Positions 31,641 to 44,000 of a stretch of 64,000 nt of DNA are shown here, piece after piece. The translations under genes and the position numbers were made by a program. Source of the stretch: Octopus vulgaris (taxonomy: Eukaryota). The notes below the pieces were generated by a model. The model had not been told where the DNA came from and searched no databases. It saw nothing but the letters and a program-made list of their open reading frames with translations. Position 1 is the stretch's first letter. Each line of letters begins with the position of its first letter. Where the stretch lies: contig OX597827.1 of assembly GCA_951406725.2 (NCBI GenBank), forward strand, positions 77,252,001 through 77,316,000, given 5' to 3'.

Positions 31641-32709
31641 AAATCTGTTGAAAGGTGATGCAGGTACAAGACTGCTCTCAGTATGAAGATGAGGGCCGGA
31701 GAGTGGGATTAGGATAGGAGGACATTCTTGGCACTTAGGATAATCCAGGATCTGTGCAATTCTCAGACTGCTCCCCACCTCCCAATTGACAACAGCAGGC
31801 AGTGAAGATGGAGGCTTTCTCAGTGGTGGGGAGGTATGTTTGCAGGGCCATCTGCATTGTAGAAAGAAAGAGAATTCTGTAAACTTGGTGGGAATCCTCT
31901 TGGCAAGAGACCAAAATACAGAGTCTTGCAGTTCTTTATGTTCTCATTTCAAATCTGACGGAGATCAACTTTGTCTTTCATTCTTGTAGAATCAATAAAG
32001 TACCAGTTACACACTGGGGTCAATCATATCAATTAATCACCTCGTTTTAAATACTGCTAAATTATTATTATTATTGTTGTTCTTCCAAACACCAACTTAA
32101 TGACTAAAGTTAATTATTTCACTAAATCTCTGCAAACCCTTTGCTATTTTCAAAATTAGGGCTTAGTTAAATGCATAGTTGGGGCCATGGACTGGCATTC
32201 ATAAAGGGTTCAGATAAAATTCTTAACAGTATCTGTTCTGGATGTCTTCATTTTGAGTTCAAATCCCACCAAGGTGAACATTGCTTTTCACTTTCTTCTT
32301 ACCAAATTTCTATGGAATACGCAGCCACCTTTGTTTCAATTAATTTCGAAAATAACGAAGAATTTATTAACTTAATTTTGCCAAAAGCTGATGATTGGAA
32401 CCTAATTAACACGAAATTTTGATGAAGGTTTTAATTTAAGTTACTTGAACCCTTTTGTTTTCATATTTCTGCTGAAGGCTTAACTTGGATCACCTTAAGA
32501 AAGGAAGATTGTGTCCTAAAACCAGGGGCAATCTTGGGGTAAATTGGTAGCAAAAGGTTCAAATTACTTGAAAATAAGAACTTGATATCAGGGAACCAAG
32601 GGAAGTTTCAGGTTGACATGAAAAGGGTTAATCCTCTCGGGATTAACAGCTATAAGTCCAAAGTAGTGGATTACTGGAATTATCAGAGATGTTTTTCAAA
32701 CAACTTCCA

Positions 32710-32884
32710 GGAGTGGCTGTGGTAAGTAGCTTGCTAACCAACCACATGGTTCCAGGTTCAGTCCCTCTGCGTGGCATCTTGGGCAAATGTCTTCTGCTAT
32801 AGCCCCGGGCCGACCAATGCCTTGTGAGTGGATTTGGTAGACGGAAACTGAAAGAAGCCCGTCATATATATGTATGTATGTATG

Positions 32885-32932
<48 letters not shown>

Positions 32933-33146
32933 GTGTTTGTGTGTCTGTGTTTGTCCCCCTAGCATTATTTGACAACTGATGCTGGTGTGTTTACGTCCCC
33001 ATCACTTAGCGGTTCGGCAAAAGAGACCGATAGAATAAGTACTGGGCTTACAAAGAATAAGTCCCGGGGTCGATTTGCTTGACTAAAGGCGGTGCTCCAG
33101 CATGGCCGCAGTCAAATGACTGAAACAAGTAAAAGAGTAAAAGAGA
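32710..33146 (+). mobile_element. tRNA-derived SINE family A, full length with an internal microsatellite
   Basis: Head ggagtggctgtggtaag (A box) and ggttcagtccc (B box), body ggatttggtagacggaaactgaaagaagccc, (TA/TG)n, tail ggcggtgctccagcatggccgcagtcaaatgactgaaacaagtaaaaga. More than a dozen copies in the window. Confidence 0.88.
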
Positions 33147-33159
33147 GAGTATGCAAGTG

Positions 33160-33455
33160 CTACCAGTCAAAAACTCCGCATACCGGAAGCCAGCAAGAGT
33201 ATGGGGTCATCAGGAGAGAATGTGCGCCGTTTTGGGGCCTGTCTCTCGCCGGCATCAATGCGCACTGGCCCCCCTCACTAATATGAGGCCCCGCTTGCTA
33301 GATCAGCTGGTTGTTAAATATAGCTCAATATTTCTCTAGCCATCGCTCATCGTCTCTTTTTAACCAAATCCAGTGGTGAGCCTTTTCCACTGTAGTTTGG
33401 ATATCGGTCATGGTGGTATTGACTTTGCCATGAGTTAGGCCTAATGATAGCAACA
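33160..33455 (-). mobile_element. Hero/R2-group non-LTR retrotransposon 3' end
   Basis: LLLSLGLTHGKVNTTMTDIQTTVEKAHHWIWLKRDDERW* resembles the Hero C-terminal AEKASxWLWLKR motif. Confidence 0.65.
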
Positions 33456-33859
33456 GAGATGTCTTGTGGTACCAGTTGAAGCTCTTTGTACTTTCAGCTG
33501 AAATCCTATTTTGTATCATAAAAACAAAGATTTTGGGACCTGGCTTAAGGTTTACAGCCCTCCACAGTTTGACAGGACATTTTGTCAGTCACATCAATAT
33601 CCATGGCTGCAGATTTTATATGGAGCGGGATAAACTCTCAAACAGAGTGGAAAAGGAATTCAATATGGAGACAATGTGTTTCATTAAAAATATGTCGAGG
33701 AATGGTGAAGATAATTGCAGACATTGAAATTGGAAATATTTTAGAAGGAAATAAAAAGGAAGAGAAATAAAAAGAAAAACAACAAGGTAGATGTGTTAAA
33801 TCTTTTATTAGTCATATCTGTGTGCCTTGTGAAGTATATCCTTTCCACAGATGGCCACC

Positions 33860-35077
33860 TCACCAATTCATACAACATGCCGGCGTTTGCTGAGGTCGGT
33901 GGAGCGTGTTCGAGCCGGCTGTGGTGCATACTGTGTGACCGGTTGAGTTTGTAGTTGTTATTGTTGTTGCTATTGACGTTGCTGCTGCCGCTGCCGCCGC
34001 CGCCGCCGCTGCTGCTGCCGCTGCAGCTGCTGTTGACGTTGTTGTTGCTGTTGTTGTTGTTGTTGCTGTTGCTGTACTGGAGACAAACACCTTCTTGTTG
34101 TGTTTCTTTTTATGTCGTTCCATCGTGTCTCTGCGAGCAAACTTCTGCAGGCAGATGTTGCACGGGTAAGGCTTCTCTCGGGTGTGGGTAATGGAATGTT
34201 TCCGGAGTTTGTCTCGTACAGGAAACTGTTTGGCACAGATGTCACATGCGTACGGTTTCTCTCCGAAGTGGCATCGGAGGTGCACCCGCAGTGTGCTTTT
34301 CTGCGAAAACGGTTTCAAACACACATGACACTTGTACGGCTTCTCGCCGGTGTGGATTCGGCGGTGGATCTGCATTTTGTCCTTTTGCGCAAACTGTTTC
34401 GGGCAGAGGTCGCAGTGGAACGGTTTCTCGCCCGTGTGCGTTCGTTTATGCACCTGCAGAGTATCGCGGCGTGCAAACTTCTGCGTACAAAAGCTGCACT
34501 GGAAAGGTTTCTCACCGGTGTGCGACCGACTGTGAATGACCAGGTAATGCCTCTGGGCAAACTGTTTCAAGCACGTCTCGCACTGAAAAGTCTTTTTATT
34601 CGTGGGTTGAGACAGGTTTTTGGCCTTATTATCAAGACCGTTCCTGTTTTTACTAATTTGATTAACATTGAGATTAATTGCTGCTGCAGCTGGGCCCGCT
34701 TCTGTCGTTATGGTTGTCATTGCTGTCGATGTTGGTCTTGCTGCTGCTGCTGCTGCTGCCGCCGCCGCTGATGCTGTTGTTGTTGTTGCAGTTATTATAG
34801 GTGGAGGTGGAGGTGGTCGTGGCGTGGTCGGGGTTGGCGGATTCACTTTTATGCTTGGGTCTGGGTTACTGCGCACCAGTTTGAAATCGGTATGGCTGGC
34901 TGGAGTGGTCTTAAAGTTACACTGGTCAACACATTTGTTGTCCGGTTGTTGGTCAGCCAAGTATTTGTGTTGTTCGAAGATGCTGCTGTAGGACACGCTG
35001 TCAATGGTCTTCAGCTCACAGTTCGCGGAACCAAACAAAGAACAACTCTGCTCTGATAATTCATTTTTCTCATTCAT
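33860..35077 (-). CDS. C2H2 (Kruppel-type) zinc-finger protein, 6 tandem fingers, ~405 aa
   Basis: Uninterrupted ORF with six C-x2-C-x12-H-x3-H fingers joined by TGEKP/FGEKP/TREKP linkers and flanked by Pro/Ala/Thr low-complexity tracts. Likely start is the ATG at 35077 (MNEKNELSEQ), just after a candidate acceptor (ttgtaattAG, 35098-35097). The ORF-track start at 35170 is not an ATG and lies in intron-like sequence. Confidence 0.92.
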   Translation of the reverse strand: MNEKNELSEQSCSLFGSANCELKTIDSVSYSSIFEQHKYLADQQPDNKCVDQCNFKTTPASHTDFKLVRSNPDPSIKVNPPTPTTPRPPPPPPIITATTTTASAAAAAAAAAARPTSTAMTTITTEAGPAAAAINLNVNQISKNRNGLDNKAKNLSQPTNKKTFQCETCLKQFAQRHYLVIHSRSHTGEKPFQCSFCTQKFARRDTLQVHKRTHTGEKPFHCDLCPKQFAQKDKMQIHRRIHTGEKPYKCHVCLKPFSQKSTLRVHLRCHFGEKPYACDICAKQFPVRDKLRKHSITHTREKPYPCNICLQKFARRDTMERHKKKHNKKVFVSSTATATTTTTATTTSTAAAAAAAAAAAAAAAAATSIATTITTTNSTGHTVCTTAGSNTLHRPQQTPACCMNW

Positions 35078-36104
35078 TTTCTGTTCTTTGAAAATCCTAA
35101 TTACAAATATGGAAATTAAATTTTCCAAAACAATTAAAAGAGAAAAAAAATTAAAGAAATTTTTCTCCAATTTATTAAAAGTTTTGAAGTTCTCACTATC
35201 AAAAATGGTAAAATCTTTATTGAAATATAACTGGAACCCTATTTCGGATTCTTAAGAGATAAGCTACTGGTGCTGTATTGTATCCTTAAACAAGACTTTC
35301 AGCTTTCCCTGTAAGTAACTTCAAGTTAAATTTTGATTTTATTTCTATATTATTATAATAACAAATTTTCACGTGGGTCATGGCAACTGGTTCCCATGTT
35401 GTGATTTACAGAAATGAAAAGTCATCTCATCTCCTGATAAATTTACCAGGAATCATAACGAAACGCCGAAGACCGGTACCTTCCTGTACGACTTCCAAGT
35501 TCCGATTCTTATCTTTCCCTGTCTCTTCAACAACTTTCAGCAATTCTGTCAAACAACAGAGAGAACTTGAGCAGACATTTGTCTAGAATGTTCTCAGAAT
35601 TACCAAACAGAATCAAAATACTTTTCCAGATTTTAGCTCTCCTTTCACAAAGTCCAGCCGCATCTAAAATAAGGGGAACCTTTTGTTGTTGTTGTCGTTG
35701 TTGTTGGTTTTGTGGTTGTCGTTGTTCTTGTTGTTGCAGTTCTTTTGCATTTTAAGAAGTGCGATGAGGAAGAAATCCTTCACATTTGTAACGATTACTG
35801 CAAATAATCTGAATATAAAAGTTTGTTATGATAAATTAGAGCAAAGTAAGAAGGTAACGAGGTATGGAATAACAAGGGGCTGTTGTGGCCACAACCAGGT
35901 CCTACAGACATGGCCCCAGAATGTTTTTTGTCCAGATATTCTGACTACGGCAAACTCTCTGGAATAGAAACAAATACATTACATTAAAACGGGAATACAT
36001 ATATACGGCAAACACACACAAACATACACACACACACACACACACTTAGAAGCTGGGCCAAAAGTCACGCACCAAAACATTTGACAATAAAAATAAAATT
36101 ATTA

Positions 36105-36512
36105 ACCATCTTACAAACAATAACTCTGAGCACCTTTTCAAACTCCACCCATCTAACACCCGTGGACATGTTTACAAAGTCAGAAAAGAGCACAGCTCCC
36201 ATGACTTTAGGAAACATTTTTTCACGCTGAGAGTTGCTGAAGCGTGGAACAAACTGCCGGCATCAGTTGTTAGTTGTCGGAGCACTGCATCCTTCAAAAC
36301 TTCCATGCTTCCTGAGGTTCGCCAACACTACACCTGATTTTCTCCCCTCCATACACACGCAAGCATGTACCTGACTCATACATTGTTCGCTTTCCAGACA
36401 TTTGTACATTACTGCATATGCTTTATATGCACTTTTGACAAGTTGTGGTGCACCTGAGCACTGTATACAATAATTTCATTATTATCATTATTATATTATT
36501 ATTATTATTATT
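36105..36512 (+). mobile_element. Second 3' fragment of the same CR1-like LINE family
   Basis: High identity to 2340-2571 (aaagtcagaaaa-agcacagctcccatgacttt-ggaaacattttttcacgct) with the same terminal gtgcacctgagcactgta and (ATT)n tail. Confidence 0.9.
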
Positions 36513-36763
36513 ATGTTGTTGTTGTTGTTATTATTATCATCATCATCAAGGTGGCAAGCTGGCAGAATCGTTAGCATACTGGGAAAAATGCTTGGCAGTA
36601 TTTTGTCCATCTTCATATTCTAAGTTCAAATTCCACTGAGGATAACTTTGCCTTTCATCCTCTCGGGGTCGATAAGTTAAGTACCAGTTGCATACTAGAG
36701 TTGATACAACCAACTGGCATCCCCTCCCCATAAATTTTAGGCCTTGTTCCTATAGTAGAAAGG

Positions 36764-36796
<33 letters not shown>

Positions 36797-37324
36797 GGTT
36801 TACACTCATGGAGTGATTGGCATCAGGAAGGGCATCCAGCCATAGAAACATTGCCAGATCAGACTGGGCCTGGTGCAGCCTTCTGGCTTCCCAGACCCCA
36901 GTTGAACCGTCCAACCCATGCTAGCATGGAAAGCGGACGCTAAACGATGATGATGATTATTATTATTATTATTATTATTCAGGTCACTATGGGGGAAATA
37001 TTGTCTACATTTTTAGTAATTTGACTGTGGCCATGCTGGGGCACCTCCCTGAATAACATTTAGCCAAATAAATCGAACTCTGTTCTTCTCCTTTTAAGTA
37101 AAGTGCTTATTCTACCAGTTTCTTTTGCTAAAACGCCGGGTTACGGGGGATGCAAACAAACCAAGACCGGTTGTCAAGCGGTGGTGGGACACACACAGAC
37201 ACACATGATAGGCTTTCGCTTTCCCTCTACCAAATCCCCTCACAAGGCCTTGGTCGGTTTGATCCCTAAAATCGTTTCGTTCCACGTATCTAAGGCGAAT
37301 TATCATCATCATCGTCGTAATCAA

Positions 37325-37600
37325 TAACGACAACTGACAATAGAAAATGATGGCAGCGTCCTCTTCTTTCTACATCTTTTCCCCTGCCCTGACCCAGCCT
37401 CCCGACAGATATATATAATTTTTATTTGTACCAAAGATGTACGAATGTTTGGTGGGTTCAACCAGACATTTGTCGAAAATGCGTTTCATAAGAATCAGCC
37501 AAATAAAATCAAGGGCGGTAATTCTTTACACAACGAGTTATCTCCCCTCCTACATGTCATGCATTTTTAAAGCCAGTCACATTTCAGCTCTCTGAAATGT
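37325..37600 (-). promoter_or_regulatory. Candidate promoter of the zinc-finger gene
   Basis: Unique CpG-containing stretch ~2.3 kb upstream of the ATG with two inverted motif copies (37511-37524, 37535-37548). Confidence 0.4.
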
Positions 37601-37900
37601 TTACATCGTGGAATGGGAATTGATTTTTTAAGTATCGTTGTTGTGGAGTTTATACCAACGGTTCTCAACCGCGGCCCTCAAACATCCTTCCGACGGCCCT
37701 CAACGGTCTTCCCTCTATAAATATATTCAATTTTTTTTTAATTGACTTGCGTATTTTTTTGTGTGTGTGTGTGTGTGTGGATCCCTAAAAAACCCCCCAG
37801 GTTTTGGGTCTGACCCTTATATTAAAAAGGTTGAGAATCACTGCTCCATTTAGTGGTAGTGCCGTGGCTATACGATGGTATTGTTTATATACGGTGGTAG

Positions 37901-38045
37901 CAAGGGCCGGCTCAAGGTAGCGGCAACTCGGGCAGTCACCGGGGGCCCCACGTATTTATCAGTTTTTCTCCTTATGATAGTTTTAAAAAATTATACTTGT
38001 AAAGGTGCCGAAGTTCAGCGTGCCAGCAACCCTAGGACTGGCCCT
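37901..38045. mobile_element. hAT-type MITE
   Basis: agggccggct...actggccct termini with an 8-bp direct repeat ggtggtag on both sides. Confidence 0.65.
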
Positions 38046-38502
38046 GGTGGTAGATATAGAGTGGCATCGTAGTGCTTTTATAGTGGTATTGTAGTGGCTA
38101 CAAAGTGCTATTTTGTTAGCTGTATAGTGTTATTGGGGTTGGTGTAGATGCCGCTAAATAATGAAAGACTATAATGGGAGTCTCTTGTCGTCCCAAAAAG
38201 ACGGCTCTGCAAGTTTTCGCTGAACGACCCCTGCACGCATGATTTGTTTACAGGGATCAGAGGTTTGTGCTGCCCATTAGCTCACTCCTTTCATCGAATC
38301 GACATTGTTTGTACAGGTGCACAGTGCAGCGCACATCAGATGCTGAAATAATCGCAGGGCAGCGTGAGAGATGAAGTGTCTTGCTCAAGAGCGCAACGCA
38401 CCACCCGGTCCAGGGTTTGAAACCCCGATCACGCGATCGTGAGTACAACTTTCTTACCCTAGGTTGCAGCTATATGTACGAATAAATAAATAAATAACTA
38501 TC

Positions 38503-38877
38503 TCTTTTACTTGTTTCAGTCATTTGACTGCGGCCATGCTGGAGCACCGCCTTTAGTCAAGCAAATCGACCCCAGGACTTATTCTTTGTAAGCCTGGTAC
38601 TTATTCTATCGGTCTCTTTTGCCGAACCGCTATTTTACGGGGACGTAAACACACCAACATCGATGGTGGTGGGACGAACACAGACACACAAACATACATG
38701 CACACACACACACATACGACGAGCTTCTTTCAGTTTCTGTCTACCAAATCCACTCACAAGGCTTTGGTTGGCCCGAGGCAATAGTAGAAGACACTTACCC
38801 AAGGTGTCACGCAGTGGGACTGAACCCAGAACCATGTGGTTGGTAAGCGAGCTACTTACCACACAGTCACTCCTGTG
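38503..38877 (-). mobile_element. SINE family A copy (other minus copies ~39350-39628, 47180-47470, 48070-48460, 48965-49337, 49535-49950, 54088-54643)
   Basis: Reverse-complement identity with 32710-33146. Confidence 0.85.
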
Positions 38878-38921
38878 CCTTAAATAAATAAAGCCCCTTC
38901 CTGAATTGTATAGAATAATCC

Positions 38922-39125
38922 GTGTCGTAATTAGAGGGTTTGTTGGACACAGTGTGAGGCAACTTGTTACCATTAGGCCTAACTCATCGTAAAGTAAATA
39001 CTACCTTGACCAATGTCCAAACTACAGTGGAGAAGACTAGCCACTGGATTTGGTTAAAAAGAGACGATGAGCGATGGTTGGGAGAATATTGAACTTTATT
39101 TAATAACCAGTTGATCTAGCAACCC
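38922..39125 (+). mobile_element. Second Hero-like 3' fragment
   Basis: Inverted homolog of 33295-33455; adds an upstream RGFVGHSVRQL (the EVGCRGF-type motif of RLE-bearing elements). Confidence 0.68.
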
Positions 39126-39891
39126 TAACCCGATCAAGGACTCGAGACGTCCATAAATCCAACACCCTATATAATAGTACTGTTAAGGGTATGCAGTGAT
39201 ATTGAAGTGACTATAAAGGGGGTATTTTAGAGGTTTTGACCCTTTGCCTGACCTGGGTATCGCATCTGATACACAAGACTTAATTTTCGTGACGTCCACG
39301 CAATCGTTTTTGATACACTTTCCCGTTTGTTTTGCTTTTTCAACAAGAAGAGTTATTCTTTGTAAGCCTAGTGCTTATTCTATCGGTCTCTTTTGCTGGA
39401 CCACTAAGTTATGGGTTGTCAAGCGACGTTGGGGGAGGAGGGTACAAACACACACACACACATATACGACGGGCTTCTTTCAGTTTCCGTCTACCAAATC
39501 CACTCACAAGGCTTTGGTCGGCTCAATGCTATATTAGAAGACACCTGCCCAAGGTGCCACACAGTGGGACTGAACCCAGAACCATGTGGTTGGTAAGCAA
39601 GCCACTTACCACACAGCCACTCCTGCACCTATACGTTATCAAAACGTATGACAAAAGGACAAACTAAAAGATTGAAGAGAAGCGTGGACAAACTTCTGAA
39701 AATGTCTGGAGGGGGTTGAAGCAGTATTGTAGAAGCTAAAGAGTGCGATTCTAATGCTTGTATAGCTAGAGTGTAGCAGGTGCTCAGATCTCATTTATTT
39801 AAGGACCCTCCTGCCTAGGGACAGATGTATGGGAAAGGTCCAGTGTCCCAGGCAACATCACAGTCATTTCACTGTGAAACTTCCCTAGCTT

Positions 39892-40358
39892 ATTATGTAC
39901 ATTAATTTACATTTGATGGATATTTGTCCTCATCTTGTTTGTTGTTAGCACAACATTTCGGCTGATATACCCTCCAGCCTTCATCAGGTGTCTTGGGGAA
40001 ATTTCGAACCTGGGTTCTCATTCCTAAGGTATTTTTTAATGTTATTATTATTATTGTTGAGTGAGAGAACAGTGCATGGGATCAAAGTGACACTGGGGTA
40101 AAATATACGAAGCCCAATATACCCATCATGACTACCCGTCTGATATGGTTACACTAGGCACATGCATCACAACCTTTTGTGCGCAACATGGGAATCTCAT
40201 ATCAAGATAAACAATGTATGACCTTGCAGTTAGAATTTTCTTCTGGTCAAGTAACCCATCCCGCTCAAGAGGTCCCTGAATAAGGATTGTTTAAGGATGT
40301 TGAACGAAACACCCATGTTTCCAGAGGTGAATTATTCAAACCCCCAAAGAATCCCTAC

Positions 40359-40399
<41 letters not shown>

Positions 40400-40635
40400 T
40401 CACTGCCTGGAACTGAACTCAGAATTTTGGGGTGAGTAGCCCACGCTCTTAACCACTACGCCATACAATAACATCGAAAAATACCTTAGGAATGAGAACC
40501 CAGGTTCGAAATTTCCCCAAGACACCTGATGAAGGCTGGAGGGTATATCAGCCGAAACGTGTTAACAACAAACAAGATGAGGACAAATATCCATCAAATG
40601 TAAATAATGTAAATAGTGTAAATAATTCCTCGTTT
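39892..40635 (-). mobile_element. tRNA-headed, hammerhead-bearing element with inverted terminal duplication and a nested insertion
   Basis: Inverted arms ~39895-40050 and ~40465-40610, each with CTGATGA-a-ggctg/cagcc-GAAA. A tRNA-like head lies at 40464-40395 on minus. An unrelated repeat at ~40057-40357 sits in the (AAT)n tract. Confidence 0.7.
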
Positions 40636-41030
40636 CTTAAATATAGAATTGTATTCTGTAGCTCAGTAGGAACAAATTGTTATTGTTGTTGTTGCTGTTT
40701 AGCCCAAGTCAGCATTGATTGAGCAGATCTATGATCAAAGGAGGTTGTAGGCATGATGATGATGACGATGCTGGCTTTCATTCAGAGATATAACATTGAA
40801 TCCGATCTCTCTCTCTTTTTCTATCTCTCAAAATGTGTGTGTGTGTGTGTGAGGGAGAGAGAATATGCATATTGGCACAGGTGTGGCTGTGTGGTGAGAA
40901 GCTGGCTTCTCAACCACATGGTTCTGGGTTCAGTCCCACTGCGTGGCATCTTGGGCAAATATCTTCTACTATATCCTCAGTCCAGCCAAAGCCTTGTGAG
41001 TAGATTTGGTAGACGGAAACTGAAAGAAAC

Positions 41031-41099
<69 letters not shown>

Positions 41100-41404
41100 A
41101 TGTATGTATGTATGTGTATGTGTGAAGTCCTGGGGTCGATTTGCTCGACTAAAGGTGGTTGCTCCAGCATGGCAACAGTCAAATGACTGAAACAAGTAGA
41201 AGAGTATATGAACAACATTGCAATTGACCCAGCTCATTTGCATAAAATCAGCGGGTCAACAGCCTGGCATAAATAAACCTTGGGGTTAATAGAGTAATAA
41301 GAACACACACACACACAACATCGCAGATAAGAAATAATTTCTCAGCTACACGATGATGATGATGATGATGATGATAAATAAGAAAAGCACGTGAATAGAA
41401 ACAC

Positions 41405-41956
41405 AGCTTCTACTGCTGCTGAGAAGAAAGGTCTTTGGTCCGACAGTGAAGGGCAGATTGTATGAGGCTTGTGTTAGAACTGTAATGCTGCATGGTAGTG
41501 AGACATGGGCCTTGAATGGAGAAGACTGGAAAGAAATGAAGAGAGCATGCTCTGTTGAACGTGCAATTTAGGCACGCATGAACGACAGTGCGAATGTGCA
41601 ATGAGGAAAGCCAGGCGTAAGAGGAATCGGATGTAGCGAACAACAGAGGAGATGTGATGCGTATGGATGGGGATGCCCACTAAATGTGGATGGAGCTTGC
41701 GGAAGATGGAGACACAGGATGACATGAGATGAAGGAGTGAACGGTGATCTAAGGACCTTGAACCTCATGGGAAACTTGACAAAGGACAGGAATTACTAGC
41801 AAAAGCACCCACTACACTCACGGAGTGGTTGGCATCAGGAAGGGCATCCAGCTGTAGAAACACTGCCAGATCAGACTGGAGCCTGGTGCAGACTCCTGGC
41901 TTCCCAGACCCCAGTCGAACCGTCCAACCCATGCTAGCATGGAAAACAGACATTAA

Positions 41957-42001
<45 letters not shown>
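41405..42001 (+). mobile_element. Decayed RTE coding remnant plus RTE-type 3' tail
   Basis: VKGRLYEACVRTVMLHGSETW at ~41445-41510; tail cacccactacactc...aaatgatgatgat. Confidence 0.75.
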
Positions 42002-42469
42002 TAGTTCTTGAGACAACCCATCTATCTTGGCAAAACTGGTTCTGGAAACACGATGCAGGTGAATGCATGTATGTATGTGTGTGTATATACATACACAGGC
42101 ACAAACAAACAACAGAGCTTTTCACCCAATAAGCTCCGTAATAGCAAGAAACCTGTAGTTCTGGCCCTGTCTCTCAATCTTCTAGCATAAAGACACCTCC
42201 CTCTCTACTGTGGCCCCACCCAAGGGAATGGAAGGAGATCTTTATCTTGAATGCTGCACGGCAACATCAGTAGTGCTGGTGCCACAAAAAGACACCCAGG
42301 ACATACTGTAAAGGGGTTGGAATTAGAAAGGGTATCCAGCCATGAAACCCCATGCCAAAGCAGATAAAGGAGCTCAGACATTTCAGATCCAGTTGAACTG
42401 ACCAACCCAGAACACAGACATTAAAAGATGATGCTGATGATGATAATGATTATATATATATATATATGT

Positions 42470-43240
42470 ATGGTCAGCACGACCTTCGAACTTTAGGCCT
42501 CACCAAGGAAATGACTAGTGACCGAGACCTTTAGAAATATGCCGTGCATGAGAAGACCCGGCAAGCCAAATGAAAACATAATCTCATGGCCTATGCCAGG
42601 GGCGTAACCAGCCCACTTATGTGTACCTTTTCCTTCTTTGGACACTAAAACTCTGCTTGTGAAGACCTGTTGAGGCAAGTGAAATCAATCAAAATCAAAA
42701 TTAAAATCAAATTCAATGACTGACGTCCGTGCTAGCAGGGTGCAAAGAGCACCATACAAGTGTGATCGTTGACAGAGCAGCTAACTGGCTTCCATGCCAG
42801 TGGCACTTAAAGGGCCCCATTCGAGCGTGATCGTTACCAGCATCACCTTACTGGCTCTTGTGCCCGTGCTAGTAGGGTGCCAAGAGCACCATCCGAGTGT
42901 GATCGTTGCCAGAGCAGCCAACTGGCTTCCATGCCAGTGGCAAGTAAAAGGGCACCATTCGAGCGTAATCGTTACCAACGTCGCCTTACTGGCACCTGTG
43001 CCAGTGGCATGTGTAAAAAGATTCGAGCGAGGTCATTGCCAGTACCGCCTGACTGGCCCCCGTACCGGTAGTATGTGTAAAAGGATTCAAGCGAGGTCAT
43101 TGCAGTACCGCCTTACTGACCCCCGTGCCAGTGGCATGTGTAAAAGGATTCGAGCGAGGTCGTTGCCAGTACCGCCTTACTGGCACCTGTGCCAGTGGCA
43201 TGTGTAAAAGGATTCGAGCGAGGTCATTGCTAGTACTGCC
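42470..43240 (+). mobile_element. RTE LINE ORF end plus expanded tandem-repeat 3' UTR
   Basis: Matches 24175-24700; several ~60-bp units (ccagtggcatgtgtaaaaggattcgagcgaggtc). Confidence 0.8.
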
Positions 43241-43281
43241 TGTAACTCTTGTTAGCAGATGAGACATGTGTAGTGTTATAT

Positions 43282-43449
43282 ATGAGGGAATGCTGAAAAG
43301 TCCCTGGCTTTAAGGGGCCAAGGAAAACTGAAGGATTACTGCAATGAGTGTGTGAATGTGAGAGGGGAACATGCTGAATAAAATCACGATTTACTGGTCC
43401 TCCTGTATTTTCTTTTACCCAAAACCAAGAACTATCAGGAGCCCCTTGT
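43282..43449 (+). mobile_element. mariner-derived MITE
   Basis: tatgagggaatgctgaaaagtccctggc / ccaagaactatcaggagcccct imperfect TIRs; internal CNECVNVRGEHAE* resembles the mariner C-terminus WxKCVxxxGEYVE*. Confidence 0.6.
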
Positions 43450-43647
43450 GTGTGTGTGTAAATAATAGTAACTTTTTTAGGACTATTTCTGTTGTATTCA
43501 AAGTAAATTCATCAGAAATTGTGACAAATTCTTCCGGAATGGACCAGAAGCCTTCCTGGGAGAGTTACTTTGTCTTCTAATTAATGTCTTGTTTTAATCT
43601 TGGTTCTTCCCATTTCAGACATTATCACTACCTGTAATAACATATCA

Positions 43648-43689
<42 letters not shown>

Positions 43690-43690
43690 A

Positions 43691-44000
43691 GTGGAGGCAC
43701 ATGGCCTAGTGTTTAGAAAAGTGGACTTGTAGTTGAGGGATCGCAGGTTCAAATTTCAAACCAGGTGATGTGTATATTTATGAGCGAAACACCTAAGCTC
43801 CACGCGGCTCCGGCAGAAGGTAATGGCGAACTTCTGCCAACTCTTTCGCCACAACTTTCTCTCACTCTTTCCTCCTGCATCTAGAAGCTCACCTGTGACG
43901 GGCCGGTGTCCTGTCCAGGTGGGGAACCTATATGCCAAGGAAACCAAGAAACCATCCCTTATGAGCCAGGCATGGCTCGAAAAGGAACAAACAACAACAG
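43691..44000 (+). mobile_element. tRNA-derived SINE family C (related heads at ~45590-45930 minus, ~38190-38465 minus, ~56125-56410 plus)
   Basis: A box tggcctagtg, B box ggttcaaat, cctgtgacgggccggtgtcctgtccagg core (V-SINE-like) and a (CAA)n tail. Confidence 0.65.

Noticed and set aside
33200-33270. Hammerhead-like fold in the Hero 3' UTR
   Set aside because: A gtgcgc/gcgcac stem is present, but the core reads TTGATGC...AAAAC with no valid stem II or cleavage triplet.
34100-34771. 223-aa antisense ORF
   Set aside because: Typical shadow ORF opposite a C2H2 array.
39121-39131. Telomeric aaccctaaccc
   Set aside because: Fewer than two units; expected by chance.
40395-40464. Functional tRNA gene (and other A/B-box heads)
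   Set aside because: No complete acceptor stem or cloverleaf; these heads are attached to SINE bodies.
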